Source of the DNA: Patescibacteria group bacterium
GTDB lineage: Bacteria > Patescibacteriota > Patescibacteriia > JAQUQO01
NCBI GenBank assembly: GCA_028716045.1
Contig: JAQUQO010000001.1
Location: forward strand, 452,096 to 516,095
Reading direction: 5' to 3'
DNA length: 64,000 bases
Positions 27,602 through 36,823 of the stretch are shown one piece after another (position 1 is the first letter of the stretch; each line of letters begins with the position of its first letter). Below the pieces are notes generated by a model. That model worked only from the letters and a program-made list of their open reading frames with translations, had not been told where the DNA came from and did not search any database. The translations under genes were made by a program, and so were the position numbers.

Positions 27602-28612
27602 TTAGCCCTTTGTTGCGAGCTCTTCAGCTCTCTCTTCCAGCGCTTTCTTTTCGTTATTTATTCTTACAATCTCTTCCCGACGCCTTTGCTCTTTATAGGC
27701 ACGCTCGGACTTCTCAAGTTTAGTATCAATTCGCCTTTTCTCGCGTTGTCGAATTCTATATAGCACGATAATCACCGCCGCGACTGAACCGCCGAGTACT
27801 GCCTCTTCCAAACTTTTAGGGATTCTATAAGTGTCGTTGTCTTCCACTGAAATTTTCGGCAAGTGACATCTTCGTCCAAGAGCCAGCTCGGTAAGTTTCT
27901 TTATTGAAGCTGGGTCAAGTTCTTGACCATTTAGACAATGGAGTTCCCCCAATGTATCAAGAATCTCAATAAACTGCGGTCTAGTCGCAATCATCCGTTT
28001 CTCCGTCTCCTCCTCTGGCGGCAAAAGCCATCTGTCGCTATACTTTTGGACAAACTGCCGGTATTCCCAACCAAGCCAGCTAAAATCCTGCAAGAACTTT
28101 TTAAATATTTCTTGCGAATGATTGAGGCGGTAAAGACGACCGAGATACTGGCAGTTTTTCCGGTCCGGTGCGAGAAACCAAAGAACCTTTTCAAACAATC
28201 TCTCATCACTCACCATCCACCACCATAAAGGTTCCCCGTAATTTTTTTCACTACCCTTGAAAAAATTCAGACACAGAACGTCAAAGGCTTTTTCTGCGAT
28301 TGCCCGCCGGTTAACAGAGTTTTTTTCGCCGTTTCCATATCCATATAATCCCTCCTCGCGACAATAAAAGTTACTGTCATTGTTATACCCATCTGCGACT
28401 TCCAAAAGAAATAATACTAATTGATGGCGGTCTTTTATCGGCCATCCTTCTCCCACTAAAAGGCCATGTAAGAGGCCAAGCTTTTCGGCAAGGTAAGTAG
28501 TCTGTTCCCACCTTTTCAGCCATTCCTCAAAACTGTGCCACACCCTTGGTACAAACTTCAACAAAGGATGAACCGGTTTCTCTTTCTCTTCTTTTTTTAA
28601 CTCTTCGTTCAT
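27602..28612 (-). CDS. Hypothetical tail-anchored protein (soluble ~270-aa N-domain, single C-terminal TM, charged coiled-coil tail)
   Basis: 336 aa. No recognisable motifs. Trp-rich (WLKRWEQ, LWWWMV). TM helix AVLGGSVAAVIIVLYRI, then an RREKRRIDTKLEKSERAYKEQRRREE tail. Has its own terminator and lies within the AT-rich RM island. Confidence 0.55.
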   Translation of the reverse strand: MNEELKKEEKEKPVHPLLKFVPRVWHSFEEWLKRWEQTTYLAEKLGLLHGLLVGEGWPIKDRHQLVLFLLEVADGYNNDSNFYCREEGLYGYGNGEKNSVNRRAIAEKAFDVLCLNFFKGSEKNYGEPLWWWMVSDERLFEKVLWFLAPDRKNCQYLGRLYRLNHSQEIFKKFLQDFSWLGWEYRQFVQKYSDRWLLPPEEETEKRMIATRPQFIEILDTLGELHCLNGQELDPASIKKLTELALGRRCHLPKISVEDNDTYRIPKSLEEAVLGGSVAAVIIVLYRIRQREKRRIDTKLEKSERAYKEQRRREEIVRINNEKKALEERAEELATKG

Positions 28613-28765
28613 GACTTTTCTCCTTATTTATGCCCAGTTATTTAGGGCGGTTGTCAAATACCTATTTTATAAATTACGCCTTTCTATAAATTTGTCAACC
28701 CGACACCTCTCCTGCGGGCTAATTCACCCGGCGAGACGCCGACTATAAGCCAGGTTCCCCGTAAC

Positions 28766-28790
28766 TAAAAAGCCGTCATCCAAACGGCTT
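28766..28790 (-). terminator. Rho-independent terminator on minus strand (AAGCCGT-ttggatg-ACGGCTT + T5)
   Basis: Perfect 7-bp stem. The reverse complement is followed by TTTTT. Lies about 200 nt downstream of the XRE gene stop. Confidence 0.45.
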
Positions 28791-28989
28791 GAAATTATAT
28801 CAATTTAAATTGGAGTATTGGTAATTATTAATACCATCTGCCTGTCTCTCCTGAACAAAATCCGACCTGTCCGTCCGAAGCTTCAGCGTAGGCGGGACTT
28901 TTTTCCGCGAAAATTCCGACGCTGAATTTTGATCCCATAAATACGAGATGGGCGAGGTTAAAAAAATAAATTTTACAAAGTTGAAATTA

Positions 28990-29196
28990 TTATTTTTGAT
29001 ACTGAAAAACATTTTCAATCGTTTCATCAAAAACCCTGGAGATTTTAAACGCCAATCCCAGCGACGGGACATATTTGTTTTTTTCAATCGCGATAATAGT
29101 CTGGCGGGTAACGCCAACTTTGTCGGCCAATTCTTCTTGCGTCATATCGCGCATCGCCCGATAAACTTTAATCTTGTTCGTCGTCTGTTTCTCCAT
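28990..29196 (-). CDS. XRE-family helix-turn-helix transcriptional regulator
   Basis: 68 aa. [44 protein letters not shown] is a canonical Cro/C1-type HTH. Confidence 0.85.
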   Translation of the reverse strand: MEKQTTNKIKVYRAMRDMTQEELADKVGVTRQTIIAIEKNKYVPSLGLAFKISRVFDETIENVFQYQK

Positions 29197-29575
29197 ATTT
29201 TTTGCTGAAGTATTTATAAAAAAGAGAATAGAAGGCCAAACTGAATAAGGTTATATAGCTTAAAATAATCCCCAGCATTTCGTAATTTGCTTCTCCGAGC
29301 CGTCTGCCGATTATAATGAAAACCAGGGAAAGAAAAGCGATGGTAATCGTTAAAATTGTGTAAGTCAAACGGGCCGCACGGCCACCGATGTTTTGAATCC
29401 TCTCGTCCACTAAAACCGCCTTTGTCTTTCTTCTGACCAAGAAAAGGAAAAGCAGGCCGATTAATACTCCGGCCAAAGCTAAAACGATGTTGTTATAAAC
29501 AACCGCTATGGCCACTGTGGCCGAGACAAAAGAAGCGGTCAGCACTTTCATTCTTTTAAATTGTTGGTAATTCAT
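29168..29575 (-). CDS. Small 3-4 TM membrane protein co-transcribed with, and overlapping, the XRE regulator (DUF2178-like arrangement)
   Basis: 135 aa, hydrophobic, with a short acidic tail. Its 3' end overlaps the XRE start by 29 nt. A TTGACC-N17-TACTAT promoter lies about 35 nt upstream. Confidence 0.65.
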   Translation of the reverse strand: MNYQQFKRMKVLTASFVSATVAIAVVYNNIVLALAGVLIGLLFLFLVRRKTKAVLVDERIQNIGGRAARLTYTILTITIAFLSLVFIIIGRRLGEANYEMLGIILSYITLFSLAFYSLFYKYFSKKYGETDDEQD

Positions 29576-29738
29576 AGGGTTTAATTAAGTTAAGTTTATA
29601 TTACTAATAGTAAAGTAAACCTTACATTAGGTCAAGCCGATTATCCACAGATAAAAATTATAAAAAATACATCCCCTTTTAGAGATGTATTTTTATATAT
29701 TGTAAGGCAAAATGCCTCAAAACTTTTAAGCCCGCTTT

Positions 29739-30794
29739 CTACTTTTTCCAAATGTATTTAACGAGTTGCCAGCCGTATTTGGCGATAACCAATAAAATCA
29801 ATAAGTAAATGACGAACTGCAGCACGTGGAGAAGAAGCGCGACAAGGTTAACCGTAATATCTTGAGCGACCTGATTGCAATCGCGTACGAATTCTTTGAT
29901 GGCTGCTTTCCATGAATCTTTTAAGCTTTCTAAATCAACAAATTTGCTCTCAAAAATATCAACGCGGAAATAAGTGTATTCCAACCGGTCGAGCTGCTCT
30001 GCTTTTGACCGTTCAATTTGCTCAAGCTGAGAATTAATATTAATCCGCTCCTGCGTCAACCGCTCAATAATATTTATCTTGCTATCAATAATTTTAGCCA
30101 AACTTTCAACGTCTTGGACCCGGGTGGCCAGCGCGCTGATGTCGTCATACGCGCTGACGGCCTTTTTCAAAGTTTCGTCAATGGACGCTAATTTCTTTTC
30201 TAATATCTCCACCTCGCTCGTAAAATCATCAATCAATTTTTTTATCGTGTAAGTATTTTCCGAAAGCTCTTTTGGGTCAAGCCCTTTGATAATGGCCAAA
30301 ACTTCATTGGCTTTGTCCCGCTTGGCCTTAAAAACATAGCCGCACCCATGGTCATATTCGCTGGCATTTTCAAAAATTACATCCTCCCGCGCTTTTAGGC
30401 CGGCAACCGTTGCGCAGGTTTCCTCCAGCTGGCGCGTTTCAATTGTCGCGTTATATTTGGTTACTTCAAATTCCTCGGCTTCATCCCCCGTTGCCCCGCC
30501 GTTTCCATAAATCGGCGCGGCGCTTGGAGTCGTGCCGACGTTTCTCACTGATAAACCGACTGAACCCTCTTCGCTATACTCATATTTTTTAGCAACCTCG
30601 GAGTCACTGGCATAATCATATGACGGCGCGCTTTGAGGCAAAATACTATTGGTTCGGGGTTTCCCAACTATTGAGTTAAACGATGAGCCGACCAAACGAA
30701 AAGCAATGACGATAATAATAATGGCTAAAAGCGCTAATCCGGCTATTTTTAAAACACTGGAAATTTTAAGATTAAATTTTGTTAAAAAATCCAT
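29739..30794 (-). CDS. Hypothetical membrane protein with N- and C-terminal TM helices and a central coiled-coil (DUF4349-like architecture)
   Basis: 351 aa. TM at 15-35 and a C-terminal TM (LVALLLHVLQFVIYLLILLVIA). Long heptad-like region (EVEILEKKLASIDETLKK...). Confidence 0.55.
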   Translation of the reverse strand: MDFLTKFNLKISSVLKIAGLALLAIIIIVIAFRLVGSSFNSIVGKPRTNSILPQSAPSYDYASDSEVAKKYEYSEEGSVGLSVRNVGTTPSAAPIYGNGGATGDEAEEFEVTKYNATIETRQLEETCATVAGLKAREDVIFENASEYDHGCGYVFKAKRDKANEVLAIIKGLDPKELSENTYTIKKLIDDFTSEVEILEKKLASIDETLKKAVSAYDDISALATRVQDVESLAKIIDSKINIIERLTQERININSQLEQIERSKAEQLDRLEYTYFRVDIFESKFVDLESLKDSWKAAIKEFVRDCNQVAQDITVNLVALLLHVLQFVIYLLILLVIAKYGWQLVKYIWKK

Positions 30795-31004
30795 AGAACT
30801 TTTATTTATTTTTAAATTTTTACTAATCGCCTGTTTCTATTATACCAGTAATATCTTGACCAAACAATATCACGAGAGAACTTCACCCCATCCTTGCCCG
30901 TCCGCAGCTTTTTTGCCCGACGAAGCTTAAGCGAAGGCGGAAGCGGAGGAGGATGAGCTGGACGCGGCTGGGGATATACTGGACGGCAAAATGCCGTTGA
31001 ATTA

Positions 31005-32102
31005 TTAATTGGCTTGGGTAAAAGTCCGGCCGTCAGGCGTAGCGCATTGGGGCGGGTTTGATTTCATTATAGAAAAGCCGGCCATCACGCAGGAATCAAA
31101 ATCGATTACCTGCTTTAAAAGCTCTGCGCACTTTTCCCGGCTGGCCGTATCGCTCCTTGGCAGGCATTTGGCAAGCTGACCGGCAAGGGTGTTGTCCGTC
31201 GGCGATAAATCCCATTTGACAGTCTGAACGATACGATCCACCGTTGCGTCAAGGTCAAAAGCTTCACGCTCATTAGCACAAACCTGATTTTGTTCTTTGC
31301 CATAATTACCACAATTGGGATAGCACAAAACGAAATTCACTGAAATTAGTTTGCCATTTTTGGGTGTGGTATAAACATATGAAGAATAAACGCTTCCTGC
31401 CGCGCCTTCGTTTTTAACGTCAACGCAATAAATTCTGTCATCAACCATTCTTTGCGTGATTATCTTGGTTAAACTGCTTACCTCCAGCGGTGTTTCCGTG
31501 CAAGAATAAGTTCCTGATTCTACTTTTACTACCGGCGGCCATTCTTGGGTAAAAATATATTGAGTGGTTAAGTTCTCCGGATATTGAAATAAAATACCTT
31601 CGCCGCTATATTCTTTCCAAAGTTCATTCTCTCCCGAAGAAAGGACCGTAATTCCGGTTATGAGCCAGCGATTGCCAAATTTTACTACGCCAATCTCAAT
31701 CGGTCGCGACCCAGCCATGCCGGTGCTTGTCATGTCTATGATCTTTCCGCTGACGTCATAAGCGCCTGACCCGAATTGCCTGATATCCGCGATTGTAATT
31801 TCATCCGGCCAGGGGCTGGAAGTCAGACGGCCGATGGCTTTAGTTGAATCAGCTTTCCATTGTGCCAGTAAAGCCGGGTCAAGAAAGTTTTTATAATTTG
31901 TTTCAATGTCCTGGCTGGCAGTAGGAGAAAGTAAAAAAACATTCTTCAATGAATGGCCAAAATCCTCAACTAAAGACCGCACAGCTGTTTCATCGGCTTG
32001 CTGATTTTTCTCCATGCTAAATTGGTGCCAGAAATAAACGCCTATCCTCGCTACGGCAACCAAGATGATAATTAGCAATATTAATCTAATTTTCTTATAC
32101 AT
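31005..32102 (-). CDS. Hypothetical secreted/anchored protein
   Basis: 365 aa. N-terminal signal anchor. The Cys-rich C-terminal half has eight paired cysteines. No recognisable motif. Confidence 0.55.
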   Translation of the reverse strand: MYKKIRLILLIIILVAVARIGVYFWHQFSMEKNQQADETAVRSLVEDFGHSLKNVFLLSPTASQDIETNYKNFLDPALLAQWKADSTKAIGRLTSSPWPDEITIADIRQFGSGAYDVSGKIIDMTSTGMAGSRPIEIGVVKFGNRWLITGITVLSSGENELWKEYSGEGILFQYPENLTTQYIFTQEWPPVVKVESGTYSCTETPLEVSSLTKIITQRMVDDRIYCVDVKNEGAAGSVYSSYVYTTPKNGKLISVNFVLCYPNCGNYGKEQNQVCANEREAFDLDATVDRIVQTVKWDLSPTDNTLAGQLAKCLPRSDTASREKCAELLKQVIDFDSCVMAGFSIMKSNPPQCATPDGRTFTQAN

Positions 32103-32255
32103 GTTTTTATTTTATCAAAAAATCGCCCTACTGGCGACTTCTTGATGTAAACTCCTGTCAACTCATCCAATTCTTCAAAATTGTATTTCAGCTTTATTTT
32201 CTTCTTAAACTCAATCTGAATTCAATTTATCTCTGTCAACTTTTGTAAACTTATG

Positions 32256-32327
32256 CTCCGGGGGTGGGGCTCGAACCCACGACCAATTGATTAACAGTCA
32301 ACTGCTCTACCGCTGAGCTACCCCGGA
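32256..32327 (-). tRNA. tRNA-Asn (anticodon GTT)
   Basis: 72 nt. Acceptor stem UCCGGGG/CCCCGGA, D-arm GCUC-AGCGGUA-GAGC, anticodon loop CUGUUAA, T-arm GUGGG-UUCGAGC-CCCAC, discriminator G. CCA is not encoded. Confidence 0.9.
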
Positions 32328-32349
32328 ATAAATAATTTCAAATTTTAAA

Positions 32350-33582
32350 TTAATAATCCCTTAACTTTTCAATGCCTTTGAAGGTTTCTATTTTTTCCAA
32401 CGCTTTAGCTTCAATTTGGCGGATGCGCTCGCGCGTGACATCAAACTCCTGCCCCACTTCCTCCAAAGTGTGCGCCACACCGTCTTCCAAACCAAAACGC
32501 ATTTCCAAAATCTTCTGCTCGCGCGGCGCTAAATCTTTAATAACATCTTTAACATAATCCCGAAGAAGCTGCAAGGCGGCGGCGCGGTCCGGCGTGACAT
32601 TTTTAACATCTTCAATAAAATCCTCCAGCGTGCTATCCTCGTCGCTTTCCCCGACCGAAGTTTCCAAAGAAATGGTATCCTGTGATATTTTAATAATCTG
32701 CCTTACCTTATCAATCTCCTCGCTCATCTCCGCGGCAATTTCCTCGGGCAAGGGCTCGCGGCCCAAATCCTGAATCAGCTGGCGCTCCACTTGCTGAAAA
32801 CGGTTGATGGTTTCCACCATATGTACTGGAATGCGGATGGTGCGCGACTGGTCGGCCAAAGCGCGCGTAATCGCCTGCCGAATCCACCAGGTGGCGTAAG
32901 TGGAAAATTTATATCCTTTCTGCGGGTCAAATTTTTCCACGGCTCTGAACAATCCGATATTGCCCTCCTGAATCAAATCCAAAAGCGACAAACTCTTGCC
33001 CACAAATTTTTTGGCAATAGAAACCACTAAGCGCAAATTAGCTTCAATCAATCTTTTGACTGCTTCTAAATCTCCTTTATCCTTGCGCCGCGCCAAAGAC
33101 AATTCTTCCTCGGTGGTAAGCAACGGTACCTTGCCGATTTCGCGCAGATACATCTGGATGGAGTCCGAGGATATTTCCGACAAATCAAAATTCTTTACTT
33201 CTTTTTCTTTGGAAGGTTTGCCTAAGGTGGACAAAATTTCTCTCCGCGACTCCCTCTGCCCCAAAATTCCGCCCTTGGGTTCTACTACGGAAACAAGCGA
33301 GTCCTCCATCTTATCCAAAAATTCCTCATACTGTTCAACGTATTCCTCCAAATCCGGAAAGGCATACAAAAGCTCGGTCTCCGTCAGAAAACCTCTGGAC
33401 CTCCCTTTTTGTAATAATTTATTCAAGACCTCCTCCGGTACCCGGGCAACCGGTTTTCTGGCAATCACTCTTTTCCCTCCGGCCCTGGCTCCGCCCTTTC
33501 TTTTTTTGGCGAATTTTTTGCGCGCCAAAACTCTGCCCCTTGGTTTTTTTGAATATTTTGCCTTGAATTTTTTCTTGGGCAT
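32350..33582 (-). CDS. rpoD: RNA polymerase primary sigma factor RpoD (sigma-70)
   Basis: 410 aa. Region 2.4 [14 protein letters not shown], region 3 and region 4.2 ([24 protein letters not shown]). Classic dnaG-rpoD linkage. Confidence 0.9.
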   Translation of the reverse strand: MPKKKFKAKYSKKPRGRVLARKKFAKKRKGGARAGGKRVIARKPVARVPEEVLNKLLQKGRSRGFLTETELLYAFPDLEEYVEQYEEFLDKMEDSLVSVVEPKGGILGQRESRREILSTLGKPSKEKEVKNFDLSEISSDSIQMYLREIGKVPLLTTEEELSLARRKDKGDLEAVKRLIEANLRLVVSIAKKFVGKSLSLLDLIQEGNIGLFRAVEKFDPQKGYKFSTYATWWIRQAITRALADQSRTIRIPVHMVETINRFQQVERQLIQDLGREPLPEEIAAEMSEEIDKVRQIIKISQDTISLETSVGESDEDSTLEDFIEDVKNVTPDRAAALQLLRDYVKDVIKDLAPREQKILEMRFGLEDGVAHTLEEVGQEFDVTRERIRQIEAKALEKIETFKGIEKLRDY

Positions 33583-33669
33583 AAATAATTAAAATAGCAA
33601 AAAACACCAATCTCTTATTGGCGACAACTCTTAATTATCCGCTGATTGGTTTAATGTCTATATTAAAAA

Positions 33670-35466
33670 TCAATTAATTTTTCTCCATTCTTCGTTCAAT
33701 CTTTGAAGTTCTTCCGTCAGTTCGCTCATCTTGGCCGCGTCTCCCCCCTTCTCCGCCAGCTTTATCTCTTCCGCTGTGGCCTTTTTTAAATTGGCCAGAT
33801 AGTTCATCCGACAATGTTTTAAAAGAAGTTCCAGCTCGGCTTCCACTTTGCCGCTTTCCGCATCGGAAAAATCTTTATCGGCTAAAAGGAGCAAACGTTC
33901 AATAAAATCGTCCTGTTCCGCCAAGTTTTTGCGGAAATCATCCAGGTCAAAACCCGTGTATTTATTATAATAGGACACCATCTCTTTGTAAATATCCCTA
34001 AGCTGTGGATTGTTAAACATCTCCGGCAAAATCACTTTTACCACTTTGGGCAAAAAACGGCTATGGCGCAGGGTTAAGCCCAAAAGCTCCTCTCCCAAAA
34101 GCGCGTTCTTGTCTATGGAAAGAAAGGCCTTGGCGTCCACTATCGGCTTGCCGACTGTCTTGGTTTTGGGGAAGCTGGAACGAAGGATATTTTCCGGGAC
34201 GCTTAGCAGTTCGGCTAATCTTTGGAGCCAATGCGTCTGCTCCACCTGATTGGGAATTTTAACGATTTTAGCCAGCAGTATCTCGGCGATTTTCTTTTTG
34301 CCCTCCACTTTGGATTTGTCGTATTTTTTAAAAGTTTTTTGGAAATAATATTCCATGATGGATTCGGAATTTTTAATCGCCTCGCGCCACTGCTCCGCGC
34401 CAGCCGGTTTTGACCGCACCAGTTCGTCCGGGTCTTTGAACCCTGCCGGCAAAGTGATGACTTTTATATTTAACCCTTCGGCCAAGGCCAAATCAATGCC
34501 GCGTTCGGCCGCGCCTTCGCCCGCCGGGTCGCTGTCAAAAGCCAGCGCCAGATTATTAGTGTAACGTTTTAAAAGTTTGATTTGCTCCACGGTCAAAGCC
34601 GTGCCCGAGGAAGCAACGGCATTGGCCACTCCCCCGTCATGAGAAGCAATGACATCCATATTGCCTTCCACGAGAATCGCTAAATCATTTTTCCTGATTT
34701 CTTGTTTGGCAAAATTAAGTCCGTAAATCACCCGGCTCTTGTTATATAACATGGTTTCCGGAGTATTGACGTATTTGCCCACGCCTTCTTTCTCCGGCCC
34801 GAGAATGCGTCCCGTGAAACCGACGACGTTATTATTGGCATCCCAAATCGGAAACATCAGCCGCCCGCGGAAGCGGTCGTAAAATCCGAAATTCTTTCCG
34901 GTGCGCAGCGAAGCGGACGGGTCTTTTTTGACCGTGAGCCCGGCTAAAAAAATTTCTTCCTCGCTAAAACCTTTTTTGAGTAAAGCTTTCCCTAAACTAT
35001 CCCAATTGTCCGGCGCATAACCCAGACGAAATTGTTCAATCATCTCCGCGCTCACCTGGCGCTTAGCCAGATAATCGCGGGCGATTTTCCCCGCGTCGGA
35101 ATTAAGCAGGACGGCGTGGAAAAAACGCGAAGCGGCTTCGGCGACTTCCACCAATTTGGATTTTTTATCGCTCACTTCTGGATTATATCTGGTGAGTTTC
35201 ACTCCGGCTTTTTCCGCCAGCAGGCGCAGGGCTTCGGGGAATTCCACGCCTTCAATTTTTTGAATGAATTTAAAAACATCGCCGCCTTCGGCGCAACCGA
35301 AACAATGCCAAATCTGCTTGTCTTTGCTGACCATAAAAGACGGCGTCTTCTCGTTATGAAACGGGCAACACGCCTTCCAATTGCTCCCCGCCTGTTTGAG
35401 TTGGACATATTCGCGGACTACCTCCACGATATCCAACCGATTTTTAATATCTTCAATGTCGGACAT
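33670..35466 (-). CDS. dnaG: DNA primase DnaG
   Basis: 598 aa. Zinc-ribbon CCPFHNEKTPSFMV...WHCFGC. TOPRIM (EGNMDVIA...DSDPAGEGAA). Confidence 0.9.
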   Translation of the reverse strand: MSDIEDIKNRLDIVEVVREYVQLKQAGSNWKACCPFHNEKTPSFMVSKDKQIWHCFGCAEGGDVFKFIQKIEGVEFPEALRLLAEKAGVKLTRYNPEVSDKKSKLVEVAEAASRFFHAVLLNSDAGKIARDYLAKRQVSAEMIEQFRLGYAPDNWDSLGKALLKKGFSEEEIFLAGLTVKKDPSASLRTGKNFGFYDRFRGRLMFPIWDANNNVVGFTGRILGPEKEGVGKYVNTPETMLYNKSRVIYGLNFAKQEIRKNDLAILVEGNMDVIASHDGGVANAVASSGTALTVEQIKLLKRYTNNLALAFDSDPAGEGAAERGIDLALAEGLNIKVITLPAGFKDPDELVRSKPAGAEQWREAIKNSESIMEYYFQKTFKKYDKSKVEGKKKIAEILLAKIVKIPNQVEQTHWLQRLAELLSVPENILRSSFPKTKTVGKPIVDAKAFLSIDKNALLGEELLGLTLRHSRFLPKVVKVILPEMFNNPQLRDIYKEMVSYYNKYTGFDLDDFRKNLAEQDDFIERLLLLADKDFSDAESGKVEAELELLLKHCRMNYLANLKKATAEEIKLAEKGGDAAKMSELTEELQRLNEEWRKIN

Positions 35467-35469
35467 GGA

Positions 35470-35736
35470 TTAGTGTTTTAATAATTTCCTGCCCAAATAA
35501 ACTAAAAAATAAACAATAATTGTTAATATCAGTATATCTACGCTTAAATAAAACGGAGAACCTGGCTGATAAATTACACACATCAAAGTACACATCCCAT
35601 CCTCTATTCCTAACGGATTTAATAAACTGGGTTCAGTGCATTCGCTACCACATTTAGTAGGAACAAAATATAAAATAACAATAGCAATTACTTCTACAAA
35701 AATAATGAGAAAAAAAATTTTATTAAACTTTTTCAT
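35470..35736 (-). CDS. Small membrane protein (2 TM), unknown; immediately upstream of dnaG
   Basis: 88 aa. Two hydrophobic helices. Ends 3 nt before the dnaG start. Confidence 0.4.
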   Translation of the reverse strand: MKKFNKIFFLIIFVEVIAIVILYFVPTKCGSECTEPSLLNPLGIEDGMCTLMCVIYQPGSPFYLSVDILILTIIVYFLVYLGRKLLKH

Positions 35737-35768
35737 ACCATGTCGTTTATTTTAAATAATTTAATGGT

Positions 35769-36092
35769 CTATTCGTATCTTTTGTTAATTTTTTCCATCT
35801 TCTCCTCCAGCGCCTTGGCTATATCAACGTCCATTAACTTGGCTAAAAGCAAAGTGGTGATGATGACATCGGCAAATTCGGTTTCTAATTCCTCTTTTTT
35901 GTAATTATCCAGTTTATCTTTTCTTTGCAAGGAATTATAAGAAAGCACCGCCTCGCTTAGCTCGCCCAACTCTTCGGCGAGTTTTACGGTTCTGGCGAGA
36001 ATTCTTTTTTCTTTGTCCATTTCTTCGCCGTATTTCTTTTTCAACCGCTCATCTTCAATATCAATAAATTTTAATAATTCTTGGAAATCCAT
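35769..36092 (-). CDS. MazG-like NTP pyrophosphohydrolase domain protein (second copy in window)
   Basis: 107 aa. KLAEELGELSEAV...EFADVIITTLLLAKLMDVDIAKALEEKMEKINKR. Confidence 0.6.
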   Translation of the reverse strand: MDFQELLKFIDIEDERLKKKYGEEMDKEKRILARTVKLAEELGELSEAVLSYNSLQRKDKLDNYKKEELETEFADVIITTLLLAKLMDVDIAKALEEKMEKINKRYE

Positions 36093-36258
36093 AATTTAAT
36101 TAGTTATTTGATAAGCACAGTAAACCAATTAAACCTGTTTTTTAACTCTGCTTAGGCATGAAAATAGCTTATTTATTCACCCCCAGCTTACCAAATTTTT
36201 CTTAATATAGCAATAACAAAAGGGCGCCCTTGCCGGAACGCCCTTTTGCGAATATCTT

Positions 36259-36804
36259 CTACTTTACATCTTCCAAATAATAGCCGGTGCCGACCACCCA
36301 ATCAAACGGTTCAAAATACAAACTGTAAGTTCTTTTGGCGAGCATTTCCTCCCCGCCCATTTTGGTGTAAAAATAATCTGTGAACCCGCCGCCGGCCTGC
36401 ATCCCGTTTTTAATGATTTCTTTCACGTAATAAACGCCGTTGGCGTTGGCCTCATATCTGTTCTTGCCCTCCACGTCTTTGTTGCCGTATAAAACCACAT
36501 TCACGCCGTCTTTGGTATCCGCCCAAAAATATCCGTCCTGCCCATAGCGCAATTCGCGGAGCAAATTCGCTCCCAGCTCCTGCGCCTTGGCTACGGAAAT
36601 CTCACCGGCTTTTTGCTGGTCGGAAAGGGCTTGGAGCATACTGACTGCCGTTTCCACCTGCCCCTTGATAAACGCGTCGGCGCTTTGTTTTTCCGCGAGA
36701 GCGAGAAGTTCCCGGGTCTTGGCGCAATTCTGCGCCAACATATATCCCAAAATCCCTCCAACGATTAAAGCGGTTAAAACCACCGCTGTCACTATTTTGG
36801 CCAT
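36259..36804 (-). CDS. Membrane-anchored single Cache (sCache_2-like) sensor domain protein without output domain
   Basis: 181 aa. N-terminal TM, then YGQDGYFWADTKDGVNVVLYGN...GVYYVKEI...GGGFTDYFYTKMGG...FDWVVGTGYY, typical Cache ligand-binding motifs. Confidence 0.55.
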   Translation of the reverse strand: MAKIVTAVVLTALIVGGILGYMLAQNCAKTRELLALAEKQSADAFIKGQVETAVSMLQALSDQQKAGEISVAKAQELGANLLRELRYGQDGYFWADTKDGVNVVLYGNKDVEGKNRYEANANGVYYVKEIIKNGMQAGGGFTDYFYTKMGGEEMLAKRTYSLYFEPFDWVVGTGYYLEDVK

Positions 36805-36823
36805 AGTGTTATTTTAAAATTTA

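Larger units (their letters stand above)
24400..29600. mobile_element. Candidate horizontally acquired island 1 (AT-rich), on the 3' side of tRNA-Asn; carries RM system, vsr, orphan 336-aa protein, XRE + membrane protein pair and a gene fragment
   Basis: The RM genes are visibly AT-richer than flanking housekeeping genes. A duplicated gene fragment and shared short motifs at 28869-28904 and 30897-30940 point to local rearrangement. tRNA-Asn's 3' end faces this block. Boundaries are approximate. Confidence 0.35.

Noticed and set aside
28948-29208. 86-aa + strand ORF
   Set aside because: Antisense to the XRE regulator gene. No signals.
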